A stretch of 61,708 nucleotides of DNA, taken from an uncultured Desulfopila sp. (GTDB lineage: Bacteria > Desulfobacterota > Desulfobulbia > Desulfobulbales > Desulfocapsaceae). The notes below the pieces were generated by a model, which saw only the letters and a program-made list of their open reading frames with translations, searched no databases and was not told the DNA's origin. How positions within the stretch are numbered: the first letter of the stretch is position 1; every line of letters begins with the position of its first letter. The position numbers were made by a program, and so were the translations under genes. Of this stretch, positions 48,046-58,144 are shown one piece after another. The DNA is taken from NCBI GenBank assembly GCA_964441345.1, contig CAYTVF010000001.1:1-61708 (forward strand), written 5' to 3'.

Positions 48046-48660
48046 ATGGAGCAGCAAATCGTAGGATACACCCGAGTGAGCACCCAGGAGCAGGATTTAA
48101 AAAATCAAAGGTACGAAATACTTGATTATGCGAGTAAAAACGATTTGAGAGTTTCCTCTTGGGTCGAAGCAAAGGTATCTTCCAGGAAAACTACCAAAGA
48201 GCGACTCATCGACACCCTGCTCGAAAAATTGAGGAAAGGTGATACGTTGATCGTCGCGGAACTGTCACGTCTTGGAAGGAGCGTGGGCCAGATTGCCATA
48301 ATTGCAAATACACTCGTCGAGACCGGTGTAAAGCTGATTTGCATAAAAGAAAACATGATTCTGGACGGTTCTCCCGATATTCAATCGAAAGTTATGTTGA
48401 CGATGTTTAGTCTTTTCGCAGAGATAGAGCGTGATTTGATTTCTGAGCGAACAAAAGCAGGGTTAGCTAAAGCGAGAGCTGAAGGCCGGTTGATCGGGCG
48501 ACCCAAAGGACTCGGTAAATCTGTACTGGATGGCAAAGAAGAGGATATAAAGGACCTGCTGCGAAAAGGTGTGGGTAAGGCCAGTATCGCAAAGATATAT
48601 GAGGTCTCCTGGCCATGCTTGTCACACTTTGTGAAGACCAGGAAACTCGCCGTTCGTTAA
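48046..48660 (+). CDS. Serine recombinase (resolvase family), nearly identical in protein to 15452-16063
   Basis: VGYTRVSTQEQ and the other family motifs; only a handful of amino-acid differences from copy B. Confidence 0.93.
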   Translation: MEQQIVGYTRVSTQEQDLKNQRYEILDYASKNDLRVSSWVEAKVSSRKTTKERLIDTLLEKLRKGDTLIVAELSRLGRSVGQIAIIANTLVETGVKLICIKENMILDGSPDIQSKVMLTMFSLFAEIERDLISERTKAGLAKARAEGRLIGRPKGLGKSVLDGKEEDIKDLLRKGVGKASIAKIYEVSWPCLSHFVKTRKLAVR

Positions 48661-48690
48661 TATCACCAAGACAACGCTTAGCAACCATTT

Positions 48691-50241
48691 TTACATCAAA
48701 ACATCTTCAACCCCGATGTCATCAATGAACTTTAGCATGAGGTTTCCAAGCTCATTAGTATCAGCTCCTTTAATATACCATTGATGAAATTCGAATATTT
48801 TACCGATACTAAATGCTATTTTTCTATCTAGATTGGTTGATCTGACGTCAACTTTTGGCGATTTAAAGATATTATAGAGTGGCGTCATTCGGTCAGCTTT
48901 TGAATTTATTGTTCTATCGATATCCTTTATATTTTGAATACTATTTATTATATCTTCAGGAATAGCATCAGATGTTTTTATTAGGTCAAGTAACTGAACA
49001 TTATCTTCTTTATTTCGTTTTGGAAGAAATCGATCAAATATTTCTAAAATTCCCAATTCAATGTTTTGTTTACTCTTAGCATTCAGTAACATCATTAACA
49101 AGTTGTTATAATCAATAAACCAAGAAAAATACCTATTAAGGTTGTTATTACTGTAAATATTCAAAGGAAAGAAATCTGACAGACTACTAACCCTCTCACC
49201 TCTCCGTATTTTCTCTATTTCATCGAGTAAAAACTCAAAATGGTGCTCTGGATAAACATTGTTTAAATCGAAATACACCATATCTCCAATACTAAAATCT
49301 TTCTTTATTTTGTTTGTGTATCGACACGGATCGAATGAAAAAATACCTAGATCCCTAATATCTTGTGTCACCTTTTTAGCATTAGAGCTTGTGTCTATAC
49401 TGAAACATGCATTAGAATTTTCTCCCTTTAGCGAGAGGTAATAGGTAAATAGTTTTTCTAGAAAAATTACTGTAAACCTGTCTATTTGAGTGCTTACACC
49501 AAGGAAATGAAGACAAAAGTTTTCTTTTAATTTTCCTGAATCTAGATAGTCCCTAAAGCAATTAAACGCTGGCCCTATCACAGGACTAAACTGAAGCGCT
49601 TTCCCAGTTTTTTCTCCTGCTCTTTTAGATCTCCTTGAAGATTCATGGATGTGAACCAGTCCTCCAATTGCTCTATGAATTATATAGTCTTTAAGATTAA
49701 GCTCATTGTAAATTTCTTTCCATATTTTGTACAATGAAGGGGTCTTGAACTGGTAAACAAATATAAATTTTTCTCTAAGCCGAAAACTGCTTTTTAGCCT
49801 TGGAAGTAGAGGAGCAAGAGAATACAAGTTCCATTCCTTAATTTTCTCTCTAGTGTTAAGCCATGTGTTGTCATGATATTTTGATGCTGGAGCTACCGTT
49901 ATATCTAGAGAAAATATTTTATCAAATCTTTGTATATTTGAAACATAATCGAAGTAGCAGGCTAAATAGCTTTCTAAAAGATTTTCTGTAATCTCATGAT
50001 TGGCAAGGATATTGTATCCACCGGAATCAATCCACAAACCGGTCTTTGAATTTTGAATATATTTTTCCTTATAATCTGCTATCTTTGCCTTATTAAATTT
50101 AAATTGATTTTTATTTCTCACTTTCGAAAGTATTTTCTCTAACGAAACAAGAACCCCATCAGAATGGGCAACGATCAATGGAATAGGGTCAATTGGGGAT
50201 CCGCTATATTTGAATTTTGATAAAACGTCTAAATATTTCAT
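48691..50241 (-). CDS. TGT/DpdA-like fold protein, copy A
   Basis: WIDSGGY, FSLDIT, VYQ, AIGGLVH, LHFLGV, SIDTSS. Confidence 0.7.
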   Translation of the reverse strand: MKYLDVLSKFKYSGSPIDPIPLIVAHSDGVLVSLEKILSKVRNKNQFKFNKAKIADYKEKYIQNSKTGLWIDSGGYNILANHEITENLLESYLACYFDYVSNIQRFDKIFSLDITVAPASKYHDNTWLNTREKIKEWNLYSLAPLLPRLKSSFRLREKFIFVYQFKTPSLYKIWKEIYNELNLKDYIIHRAIGGLVHIHESSRRSKRAGEKTGKALQFSPVIGPAFNCFRDYLDSGKLKENFCLHFLGVSTQIDRFTVIFLEKLFTYYLSLKGENSNACFSIDTSSNAKKVTQDIRDLGIFSFDPCRYTNKIKKDFSIGDMVYFDLNNVYPEHHFEFLLDEIEKIRRGERVSSLSDFFPLNIYSNNNLNRYFSWFIDYNNLLMMLLNAKSKQNIELGILEIFDRFLPKRNKEDNVQLLDLIKTSDAIPEDIINSIQNIKDIDRTINSKADRMTPLYNIFKSPKVDVRSTNLDRKIAFSIGKIFEFHQWYIKGADTNELGNLMLKFIDDIGVEDVLM

Positions 50242-50328
50242 GTTAGCTTAGACTCATAATTAAAATTTTTTTGTTAAGAAAAAATTTCCCTCAAGTACAT
50301 TTTGCAACTAAAGGGAAATTTTTGAAGA

Positions 50329-50883
50329 TTAGCACCAATTCAACTGTTCTACGAGATCAGTTTTCTCAGTAGTCTTCAGATAATACTCGAGATTAACCAG
50401 GCTCTTGTGTCTGCTGTAAGCCTTTGTTTCGGCTATGTTAAAACCTGTCATTTCATAAATCTTCGTCACGAACGACTTTCGAAATGAGTGAGTATTAATC
50501 TTGCCATCCAGGTTCATCTTTCTAGCAACTGTCCTGATCACATGACTTGCCAGTTGCCTGGTAAAAGACCTATTCTCTCTTTTCTGAGAGATGAACAACG
50601 GAGACTTGTCATCAACAACAAGTCCTTTTTCCTGGTACCAATTTCTCAACTCCTCTACTGATTTTTTATAAGCAGCAGGGATCGGAAACGCCTGGTTATC
50701 CGACCCTTTTTTCGATTTGAGATAGAGGGTCTTTCCGGCAACGTCTCCAAACGTTAAAGCCAACGCTTCCGATATCCTAGTACCAAAGGTAAGGCAGGTC
50801 AGGAATAGCGTTCTATCTCGTACCTGCAGCTCATTGAGCACCATCCTTATCTCCTCATCCGTCAAAATGCGGCATCCTTTCAT
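50329..50883 (-). CDS. Small tyrosine recombinase, copy A
   Basis: GTRISEAL, HSFRKSF, RHKS...YY. Start MKGCRIL with GGAGG RBS, matching copy B. Confidence 0.88.
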   Translation of the reverse strand: MKGCRILTDEEIRMVLNELQVRDRTLFLTCLTFGTRISEALALTFGDVAGKTLYLKSKKGSDNQAFPIPAAYKKSVEELRNWYQEKGLVVDDKSPLFISQKRENRSFTRQLASHVIRTVARKMNLDGKINTHSFRKSFVTKIYEMTGFNIAETKAYSRHKSLVNLEYYLKTTEKTDLVEQLNWC

Positions 50884-50908
50884 GATACACCTCCTGTGGA
50901 AATAATGG

Positions 50909-50939
50909 AAATTTGCCCTTTCAATAATTGGGCACATTT
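50909..50939. promoter_or_regulatory. 31-bp inverted repeat upstream of small recombinase A
   Basis: AAATTTGCCCTT-TCAATAA-TTGGGCACATTT; same length and position as 18594-18624. Confidence 0.5.
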
Positions 50940-51361
50940 GTTTGTATCATTATAATATCTCTAGGTATTTTGTTATAGTAAAATGCCTGTGCACAAATGA
51001 TTCCGTTTGACGAGGCGGCGTTTCTTGCTTCAAAATGGTCAGATACCCCTGGATATTTCTCTGCGTTGCTCTGAAAATGTCAATTTTTTACAGATATAAA
51101 AACAGACATAGGCGACAAGAGATCATTCTCAGGTCCGAGTTTGCTGGGGTCCAGTAGCTCAGAAGCTGCACGAAAGTAGCAGCTGCCTGTCACATGAAAA
51201 TGCAAAAGAGAGCTTCACAGCAAATTACAGCTGGTCACCAAGGGGTCCTTGGCGATAGCCACCATGTCTTTATTTCTAAGCTGGTTTGATGATTCTGCAG
51301 GCTACACAACAGTTCAATCAAGAATATCGCCAGAAGGAACTGAAGGAGAAGAATAACGAAA

Positions 51362-51470
51362 TGTAACGTCCCAGCTTTTTTTTATTTTTTGGCAGGAGGT
51401 GGGCAAAATTTGGTGGCCCAGTGGACCAACCGGCCCGGGCCATCGGGCCAGCTGGTCCACCAAAAAATCA
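51362..51470. repeat. Ori-like palindromic element downstream of primase-helicase A
   Basis: Outer inverted repeat TTTGGTGG/CCACCAAA enclosing GGACC/GGCCC/GGTCC repeats, next to a T-tract. Confidence 0.75.
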
Positions 51471-51489
51471 GGCCTTTGAGGAAAAAAAA

Positions 51490-54400
51490 TTATTTTTTCC
51501 TGAATTGTTCTGAAAAAGCGCTGAAGAGATTTTCTTCAAAGGTTTTTTGCAAAAGGGCATCCTTCAGTACAGGTCCTCCTGATGGTGCTATTTGACCTTC
51601 CTGCAGCTCTTTGGGCTGGAACACGAACCCACTCTGATTGATGGTGCTGTTTGTTGCCGTAATTTGATCTTTGTCTTCAAAGAAGCTTTTATCAAGCTGC
51701 ATGACCCTTGAACGGTGCCCACCTGTTACCGTAATTCTAAGCGTTTTTCGACCAGTAGTAGGATCAGGTACAAGATGTTTGCGCTCCGCAAGGCGCAGCA
51801 TCAACGTTTTCAGGCTGGTTGTGATTTGCCGATCACGACCAGCGACGTCCTGAGCTACTTTGTAGGCTCCATCGGAATTCAGGTAGACATACTTGTCATC
51901 GACCCATCCGATTAGCGATCCTTGAGGTACAAGAGCTGAACCTGGAACACCTGTGTCATCCTTCATCCCGATTATACGTTTCCATCCCCAAATTTCTGGG
52001 TTATGGGTCGGAACACCTCCTGTTTTGGCCTCGAGGTGAGCTTTTCCCATGAGGAATGCAGTCAATAGGAAATCACGAAATAGTTCGCACGGATCTCCTA
52101 CCTTCTGCTGGTCTTGTTGCTGTGTTGCCGCCTCAAGGAGGCTTGTCCAGCATTCATTCTGAAGCACGGCTGAATCCTCTTCCGACATTGCTCCTTGGGA
52201 AATAGCAAAGGTACAAAAACTCTGAAAGCCAATGGCCAGATCGGCAATAATATCCGGTGTCCGAGTATGGGTTTTTTCTGCCTCCACCGCTTTAGACCGG
52301 AGATCTGCTTTGTGTGGAGGAAGCGTTCGTTTCAGGTCATCAATTTGAGGAGCAAGCCACTTCAGATACTCATACATTACCGAAGTAAAAATCCCTTTTG
52401 AAGACAATTGCTGAAGCTCCGTCAACACCTTCAGATCTACGTCTCCTTCGGCAATCTCAAGCACCAGCATTCGCCCAGTGAGACTTTGCCCAGAGGGGAC
52501 ATCTTCTGCAGTGCTCACAATCAGAGCTCTAGGAAAGTACTCTTGATGTGAGCTAATATCCGAATTCAATCTCCCGCGCCCCGCCTGATTTCCTAATGCG
52601 CGAAATAGCCTATCCGCAATCGAATTCATTTTTTTTGGGTTGTCACCAGGAACATAATCGTCAACGACGAATATTACATCTTTCGCCTGATGAGTTGTTT
52701 TTTCCAAAAAATTTGCAGTAGATGACCAGTTTCCAGGTAACTTTTTTCCGTTGAAGGAACTACCAAAAAACGATTGAGCTATGGCGGAAACTTCAGTTTT
52801 TCTGGTTCCAGTTGCTCCCACAATAAAGAGAGCGAAGGCAACTGGCAACGGCTCTCCCAGCGGAGCTCTAAACACTGCAGATAAAAGTGGATATGCAATC
52901 CGTTTAGGAAGCAGCTTTAACAGTAATAAACTCTTGTGAATCGCCTCTGAAATCGATATCCCATTACTTGGTTCTGGAATCGAAAAAGCAGAAAGATTGC
53001 TCGAAGACAAATCCACAGTCAGTTCGTCAACATCGCCTTCCTTTCCTATTGCCCCAGCTTCTGACAAAAAGACCCAGTCATCAAAAGCCTTACTCCATCC
53101 GGTATGTGAGAAAATATACCTTGTTGTTATATTTTTGCTTAGATACGTAATTGCTGCTCGCAAGTTGTCTCGAGTAGAAGCTCCAGCTGAATACCATGCT
53201 TTTGCTCCCCACATCCGGCCGAGCCATGTCATTGACTCGAATTCCTGGACTGGCAACGTCACTGTTGGGAGAGCTTCACCGCTCTTTAGCGAGCCCTCAA
53301 TTCGATAGAATCGTTCTGATGTTACGCCATCGTCCTTGATCACCTCTTCAGTAATGATGGCATTGAACGAACAAAGCAGCACCAAAACCATTCCTTGAGC
53401 AGTGGCCTTGTTCATGTGAATACAATTGGAAAGCACTTCATAATTCGCGACATCGTCGAAGGACATCTCATGTGTAGCCATAAAGCGGTCAAGCACCGGC
53501 CTTATTTCTCCTTTCGCAATCCCGGCTTTCTTTAGAGCATTTGTCACCGTTATAAAGTCGCCCTTCGATTTCAGCTTCAACAGAGCCAATGCGGCAAGAT
53601 TGTCATCCTCGAAGGCAAGTTTGGGATTGTATTGTGAACCCGCAATAACCTTAGCCATCTTAATGCTAGCTTGGGCTATAGGGTTGGGGTTACCGAGGCT
53701 GATCGGACTTTTTCCCTTACCTTGCAGAAAACAACCGCTGCAGTATTGGCCTGCACTCAGGTCTGATAAAATGCTGGCGCAGGTCCGAGGTGCTGCTGTG
53801 AGGGCATTATCCAGCTTCTTGTCGGTTTCTGCCTGGTCATATCCAGGGTAAGGTTTGCTCCTTTCATGAGCTACACTCCTCCCGTCTTTGCAACGGGACC
53901 ATATTGAACAGGCGGCGAACCACTCGGGTTCTGGTAAAGTTGTAGCGCCATAATTGCAATGAGCCAGCCATGAGCAGTGGTTTTCGATGAAATCAATGTT
54001 TGCTTCAGGGTAATCATAAGTTTCTTTGCTGAAAGTATTGGAAATTATGCTCGGTAAAGCGATAGGAGTGGTTGCAGGGTTGCATATTTCAGCTACGATA
54101 TCCTTTTCATCGAAGATTATTTGAAAATCGCAAGGGTTGTACAGTGCTGATGGGTCGTATTCTATTATATAGACATCTTTTGCAGGGACAGATTTATGGT
54201 TTAGGGTAGCTGGAACCCTTAATAATCGTGCAAGATCAGAAGTATTATCGATTTTCCAGCCGTGCTTCTGGCCTTCAGCAATGATGAAGCGATTTACGCG
54301 ACGACTCAACTCGGCCATTCTTTCCTTATCCTCTACATCAGCAACTACTACAGGAGTGGAAAACAAGTAATAGACGTGAATTCCGCCACCTGAGCAAACG

Positions 54401-54795
54401 ATGATAGATGCTCGCCAAGGCAGGGAATAGATAAATTTCAATGCTGTATCTAAGTCTTTGGGATATTTATCAGATTTATGATTTGACCCAGCGATGTCAA
54501 TATCCACCCAAAAACCCGGGATTACCTTTACTCCTTCTGCATTGCCACGTTTCCCTGGCAATGGGGGTTCAGCCTGCAAACAGACTTCGAAGTAAACGTC
54601 GGTGTGCTCACGTGCGGATATAATTTCAGTGACTATCAGGTCTGTTTCACTTACTAAAAACGATTTGGTGATGATGCCATTACGATTTGGGTCTTTTAGG
54701 CATATGTTCAAAAAAGCCAGAGTTTCAATACACTTATAAAGTGCCTGCAAAAACAGGGCGATGATCGTTCTAAATTTATCATTATGCATAAACAT
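51490..54795 (-). CDS. Primase-helicase replication protein, copy A
   Basis: Same motifs as 20139-23429 and colinear with it over the full length. Confidence 0.8.
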   Translation of the reverse strand: MFMHNDKFRTIIALFLQALYKCIETLAFLNICLKDPNRNGIITKSFLVSETDLIVTEIISAREHTDVYFEVCLQAEPPLPGKRGNAEGVKVIPGFWVDIDIAGSNHKSDKYPKDLDTALKFIYSLPWRASIIVCSGGGIHVYYLFSTPVVVADVEDKERMAELSRRVNRFIIAEGQKHGWKIDNTSDLARLLRVPATLNHKSVPAKDVYIIEYDPSALYNPCDFQIIFDEKDIVAEICNPATTPIALPSIISNTFSKETYDYPEANIDFIENHCSWLAHCNYGATTLPEPEWFAACSIWSRCKDGRSVAHERSKPYPGYDQAETDKKLDNALTAAPRTCASILSDLSAGQYCSGCFLQGKGKSPISLGNPNPIAQASIKMAKVIAGSQYNPKLAFEDDNLAALALLKLKSKGDFITVTNALKKAGIAKGEIRPVLDRFMATHEMSFDDVANYEVLSNCIHMNKATAQGMVLVLLCSFNAIITEEVIKDDGVTSERFYRIEGSLKSGEALPTVTLPVQEFESMTWLGRMWGAKAWYSAGASTRDNLRAAITYLSKNITTRYIFSHTGWSKAFDDWVFLSEAGAIGKEGDVDELTVDLSSSNLSAFSIPEPSNGISISEAIHKSLLLLKLLPKRIAYPLLSAVFRAPLGEPLPVAFALFIVGATGTRKTEVSAIAQSFFGSSFNGKKLPGNWSSTANFLEKTTHQAKDVIFVVDDYVPGDNPKKMNSIADRLFRALGNQAGRGRLNSDISSHQEYFPRALIVSTAEDVPSGQSLTGRMLVLEIAEGDVDLKVLTELQQLSSKGIFTSVMYEYLKWLAPQIDDLKRTLPPHKADLRSKAVEAEKTHTRTPDIIADLAIGFQSFCTFAISQGAMSEEDSAVLQNECWTSLLEAATQQQDQQKVGDPCELFRDFLLTAFLMGKAHLEAKTGGVPTHNPEIWGWKRIIGMKDDTGVPGSALVPQGSLIGWVDDKYVYLNSDGAYKVAQDVAGRDRQITTSLKTLMLRLAERKHLVPDPTTGRKTLRITVTGGHRSRVMQLDKSFFEDKDQITATNSTINQSGFVFQPKELQEGQIAPSGGPVLKDALLQKTFEENLFSAFSEQFRKK

Positions 54796-54914
54796 TCCTT
54801 AAATTTTCTTTTTTCGAACTGTTGAACTAAATTGTCTTTTCCATCAAGCGCAGTCTGAAATTTTCTGGGCACCCTCTCTTTCCTCCTTTCCTGTGATGTT
54901 TTTTCCTGAGGTTG

Positions 54915-55065
54915 GCTCCGCGCTCACCGAGTCAGCCGTTTGTTTCTCCTGTGTCTTAAACTTGTGTCTTAAATTTTCTGTATTCTTCTTTGATTCTTTT
55001 AATGCTTCTTTTCTACGTTATGTTTGCTCATTAAATATGTGGTTTAAAGATATAGTATTATTAAC
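54915..55065. repeat. 151-bp block identical to 23551-23701
   Basis: Direct visual comparison. Confidence 0.9.
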
Positions 55066-55175
55066 TTTATTATAATTCCATAGTACACGAATTGAGACAA
55101 AGAGATCAAGATATTTTTTACAGGATGAGAAACTTTCTTACTGGAGACTGACCTTTGTGATGCTGAAAAAAGGAC

Positions 55176-55214
55176 AAAAAAAGGGCCATCTCCCATACGC
55201 AGGAAAATGGCCCT
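55176..55214 (-). terminator. Rho-independent terminator downstream of ssrA, supplied by element A
   Basis: Minus-strand stem AGGGCCAT...ATGGCCCT followed by a T-run, ~80 nt after the tmRNA CCA end. Confidence 0.75.
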
Positions 55215-55294
55215 CTGAAAACCCGTTTGATTTGCTTACCGATCGAACACCGACCGAAGACGCATATCCAACATACTGATTTTACACTACATTT

Positions 55295-55658
55295 TGGTGG
55301 AGGCGGCGGGAGTCGAACCCGCGTCCGAAAATGCTCCCCTCCCGTATCTACATGCTTAGTTCCGTGCTTTGATTTCGCGCCGGGAACTCAGTCGGAACTT
55401 AGATTTCCCGGAACTATACTGTTAAATCTCGTCAGCTGAAAGACAGTCGGCCTTCAGGCAACCAGCCCATTGAGTCGACGCCCCAACTCCGGTCTTATGG
55501 GCGAAAACCGGCGGGACGGCAGTATGACAGGTATTAAGCTGCTACTGCGTAGTTATAATCGTCTGCGATTATATTTATGTTCTACGTTTTTACGAGCGCG
55601 TAGAAGCTCGGCATGCAACAGTAAGCTTACACATCCCCGTCGAATCCGTTTCGCCCCC
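55295..55658 (-). ncRNA. ssrA: tmRNA; tag reading frame ADDYNYAVAA* at 55566-55534
   Basis: 5' GGGGGCG...GGATTCGAC and 3' GGTTCGACTCCCGCCGCCTCCACCA with a G3-U acceptor pair; tag ends in AA; directly downstream of smpB. Confidence 0.97.
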
Positions 55659-55686
55659 ATATTTTGATCGACTGTCTTTTCATTTA

Positions 55687-56151
55687 CTACTTGTTTTCAC
55701 GCATCTCTCGTTGGATTTCGCGATTACTCTGCTGTTCCTTGAGTGCGGCCCTTTTATCGTATTCTCTCTTGCCACGGGCAAGGCCCAGTTCCACCTTCGC
55801 CTTCCCGTTCTCTATAAAGTATATCTTCAGGGGGATGAGGGCAAGCCCTTTTTCGTTGAGCTTGCCGATCAGTTTCCTTATTTCCCGCTGATGCAGCAAG
55901 AGTTTGCGAACCCTGAGCGGCTCGTTGGGGTTATGGGTGGCGAAGGAATAGAGCGAGATATGCACGTTGTACATCATCACCTCGCCCCGGGAATCGATCT
56001 TCACATAGCCATCCCGCAGATTGGCCTTGCCGGCCCGGAGCGATTTGACCTCCGGCCCGGAAAGCACTATTCCCGCCTCGTAGGTGGCATCGATATGGTA
56101 ATCGTGAAATGCTTTTTTATTTTTGGCTACTATCTTTATTACCATCTCCAC
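55687..56151 (-). CDS. smpB: SsrA-binding protein
   Basis: [37 protein letters not shown]. Confidence 0.98.
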   Translation of the reverse strand: MEMVIKIVAKNKKAFHDYHIDATYEAGIVLSGPEVKSLRAGKANLRDGYVKIDSRGEVMMYNVHISLYSFATHNPNEPLRVRKLLLHQREIRKLIGKLNEKGLALIPLKIYFIENGKAKVELGLARGKREYDKRAALKEQQSNREIQREMRENK

Positions 56152-56199
56152 TCTCTTCCTTGCAATATGGCCACTCTTCCCGCCACTCTTCCCGCTTCA

Positions 56200-58002
56200 T
56201 CAAACAGAGGTTGCCCGAAGCGCCTCCTCATAGGTTGTTATGCCGCGCCTGACCTTATTCCACGCGTCCTCGCGTAATGTAGTCATTCCTTCCCTGATTG
56301 CAACCTGCCGCATTTCCAGGGCAGGGACATCGCCCGCCGTCATTTTCTTCAGCTGGGAAGACATTGGGAAAATTTCAAAAATCCCGCATCTGCCCCTGTA
56401 CCCGGTCCCCCGGCACTCCCGGCAACCCTTGCCCCGCCGCAGGGTGATATTCCCGGTTTCAGCCAGCGGAAAACCCATTTTCAGCAGATCCTCGCCCTTC
56501 ATTGCAAAATCCTCGGCGCAGCTCGGACAGATCATTTTTACCAGCCGCTGGGCCATACACCCGAGCAGGGTAGACGCGATCATGAAGGGCTGCAGGCCTA
56601 GGTCGCGAAGCCGGGTAATGGATGAAACGGCATCGTTGGTATGCAGGGTCGAGAAGACCAGATGACCGGTCATTGCCGCCTGAACCGCATGGGCTGCCGT
56701 TTCCCGGTCGCGAATCTCGCCGATCATGATGATGTCGGGGTCCTGCCGCAGGATATTGCGCAGGATAGTGGAGAAGGTTATGTCAATCAGCGGCTGGATG
56801 GAGATCTGGTTGAATTCCTCATGCACCATCTCCACCGGATCTTCCACCGTGACAATATTCTTTTCCGGCGTGGCAATCTCTTTCAGGGTCGAGTAAAGCG
56901 TGGTCGATTTACCACTCCCGGTCGGACCTGTCACCAGAATAATGCCATGCGGCGAGCCGATGAAAGAATTGTACACCTCCATATCCCGCTTCGAAAAGCC
57001 GAGATTTTCGACCTTCTGAAAGATCATGGCCGAATCGAGGATCCGCATCACCACCTTCTCGCCGAAGGCCACCGGGACGGTCGACACCCTTATCTCGACA
57101 TCCTTGCCGCTCTTTTCGCCAATCTTGATCCGGCCGTCCTGGGGACGCCTCTTTTCGGCGATATCCAGGCGGGCCAGAAACTTGATGCGCGCAGCAATGG
57201 CCGCGTGGACGGCCTTCGGCAGGTTGTAGATGGTGTGCAGGGCGCCGTCGATACGGAACCGGACCATCGAGACATTGCGTTTCGGCTCGATATGAATGTC
57301 GCTGGCCCGCTGTTCGAGGGCGTAATGGAAGATATGGTTGACGGCCGATTTTATATGCTGATCGGAAGAAGTGATCTCCTTGGCCGAGGAAATCTTCACA
57401 TACCGCTCGAGATTGCCGATATCGATGGAACCTGAACTGCCCGCGACGACGCCGAACTGGTCCTCCGCCGCACTGATCGACCGCTGAAAGCCGAAAAATT
57501 CGGCGATAATCCTTTTGATATCCGATTTTGTGGCGATATGGGGCCGTACTCTGATCTGGTTGGCCTGCTCGATATCCTCCAGCACCGCATGACAGTCGGG
57601 ATGATAAACCGCCACCTCCAATATGCCGTCCTCCATCTTGAACGGGAGAAGCAACTGGCGGATGGCAAAGTTCCGGGGGATGGTCTTGGTGGCGACATCC
57701 ATATCGAGCTCGAGCGGATCAAGCTTGACAAAGGGCAGTTTCTTTTCCCTGGCCACGGTTCGCATGACAACTTCTTCGTCGACCAGAGCGCCTTCGCCAC
57801 CGGCCAGCTTGAGGTTGAACGAAGTGATGATTTCGACCATATCCGGATAGTCTTTATCTAACTCCCCCTCCTTGCCTGCCTGCCGCAGGAGTTTTTGCCG
57901 TTGCTTGCCCTTCTCCAGGGTCACAAACTCCCGCTGCTTGGGAGTGAGCACCCGCCGGCTGACCAGAAGGTCGAGAAGAGCATCGCTTTCGAGAAATTTC
58001 AT
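56200..58002 (-). CDS. GspE/PilB-family secretion/pilus assembly ATPase
   Basis: ASDIHIEP, RIDG, PQDGRI, GPTGSGKST, LRQDPD, GEIRD, STLHTND, tetra-Cys motif. Start set at MKFLES. Confidence 0.93.
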   Translation of the reverse strand: MKFLESDALLDLLVSRRVLTPKQREFVTLEKGKQRQKLLRQAGKEGELDKDYPDMVEIITSFNLKLAGGEGALVDEEVVMRTVAREKKLPFVKLDPLELDMDVATKTIPRNFAIRQLLLPFKMEDGILEVAVYHPDCHAVLEDIEQANQIRVRPHIATKSDIKRIIAEFFGFQRSISAAEDQFGVVAGSSGSIDIGNLERYVKISSAKEITSSDQHIKSAVNHIFHYALEQRASDIHIEPKRNVSMVRFRIDGALHTIYNLPKAVHAAIAARIKFLARLDIAEKRRPQDGRIKIGEKSGKDVEIRVSTVPVAFGEKVVMRILDSAMIFQKVENLGFSKRDMEVYNSFIGSPHGIILVTGPTGSGKSTTLYSTLKEIATPEKNIVTVEDPVEMVHEEFNQISIQPLIDITFSTILRNILRQDPDIIMIGEIRDRETAAHAVQAAMTGHLVFSTLHTNDAVSSITRLRDLGLQPFMIASTLLGCMAQRLVKMICPSCAEDFAMKGEDLLKMGFPLAETGNITLRRGKGCRECRGTGYRGRCGIFEIFPMSSQLKKMTAGDVPALEMRQVAIREGMTTLREDAWNKVRRGITTYEEALRATSV

Positions 58003-58144
58003 AGAAGTACCTTTTGATAGATAGGAGCTGTTCCCCCCATTCTTCCCGCTAACCAAGAATTTTGCAATACAATTCAGAGAATTACCCGGATTTCCTACGA
58101 CCGCTGACCGACTCATGCGCTCCCAGCAATGGCATCAGCGACCG

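Larger units (their letters stand above)
23930..55317. mobile_element. Integrative element A (~31.4 kb) inserted in ssrA
   Basis: Flanked by 23-bp direct repeats of the tmRNA 3' end; tyrosine integrase next to the distal repeat; own replication gene; GC clearly lower than the genes beyond 55.7 kb. Confidence 0.93.

Noticed and set aside
1-55294. Prophage, conjugative ICE or CRISPR array
   Set aside because: No recognisable structural, lysis, relaxase or T4SS genes, and no regularly spaced repeat-spacer array seen.
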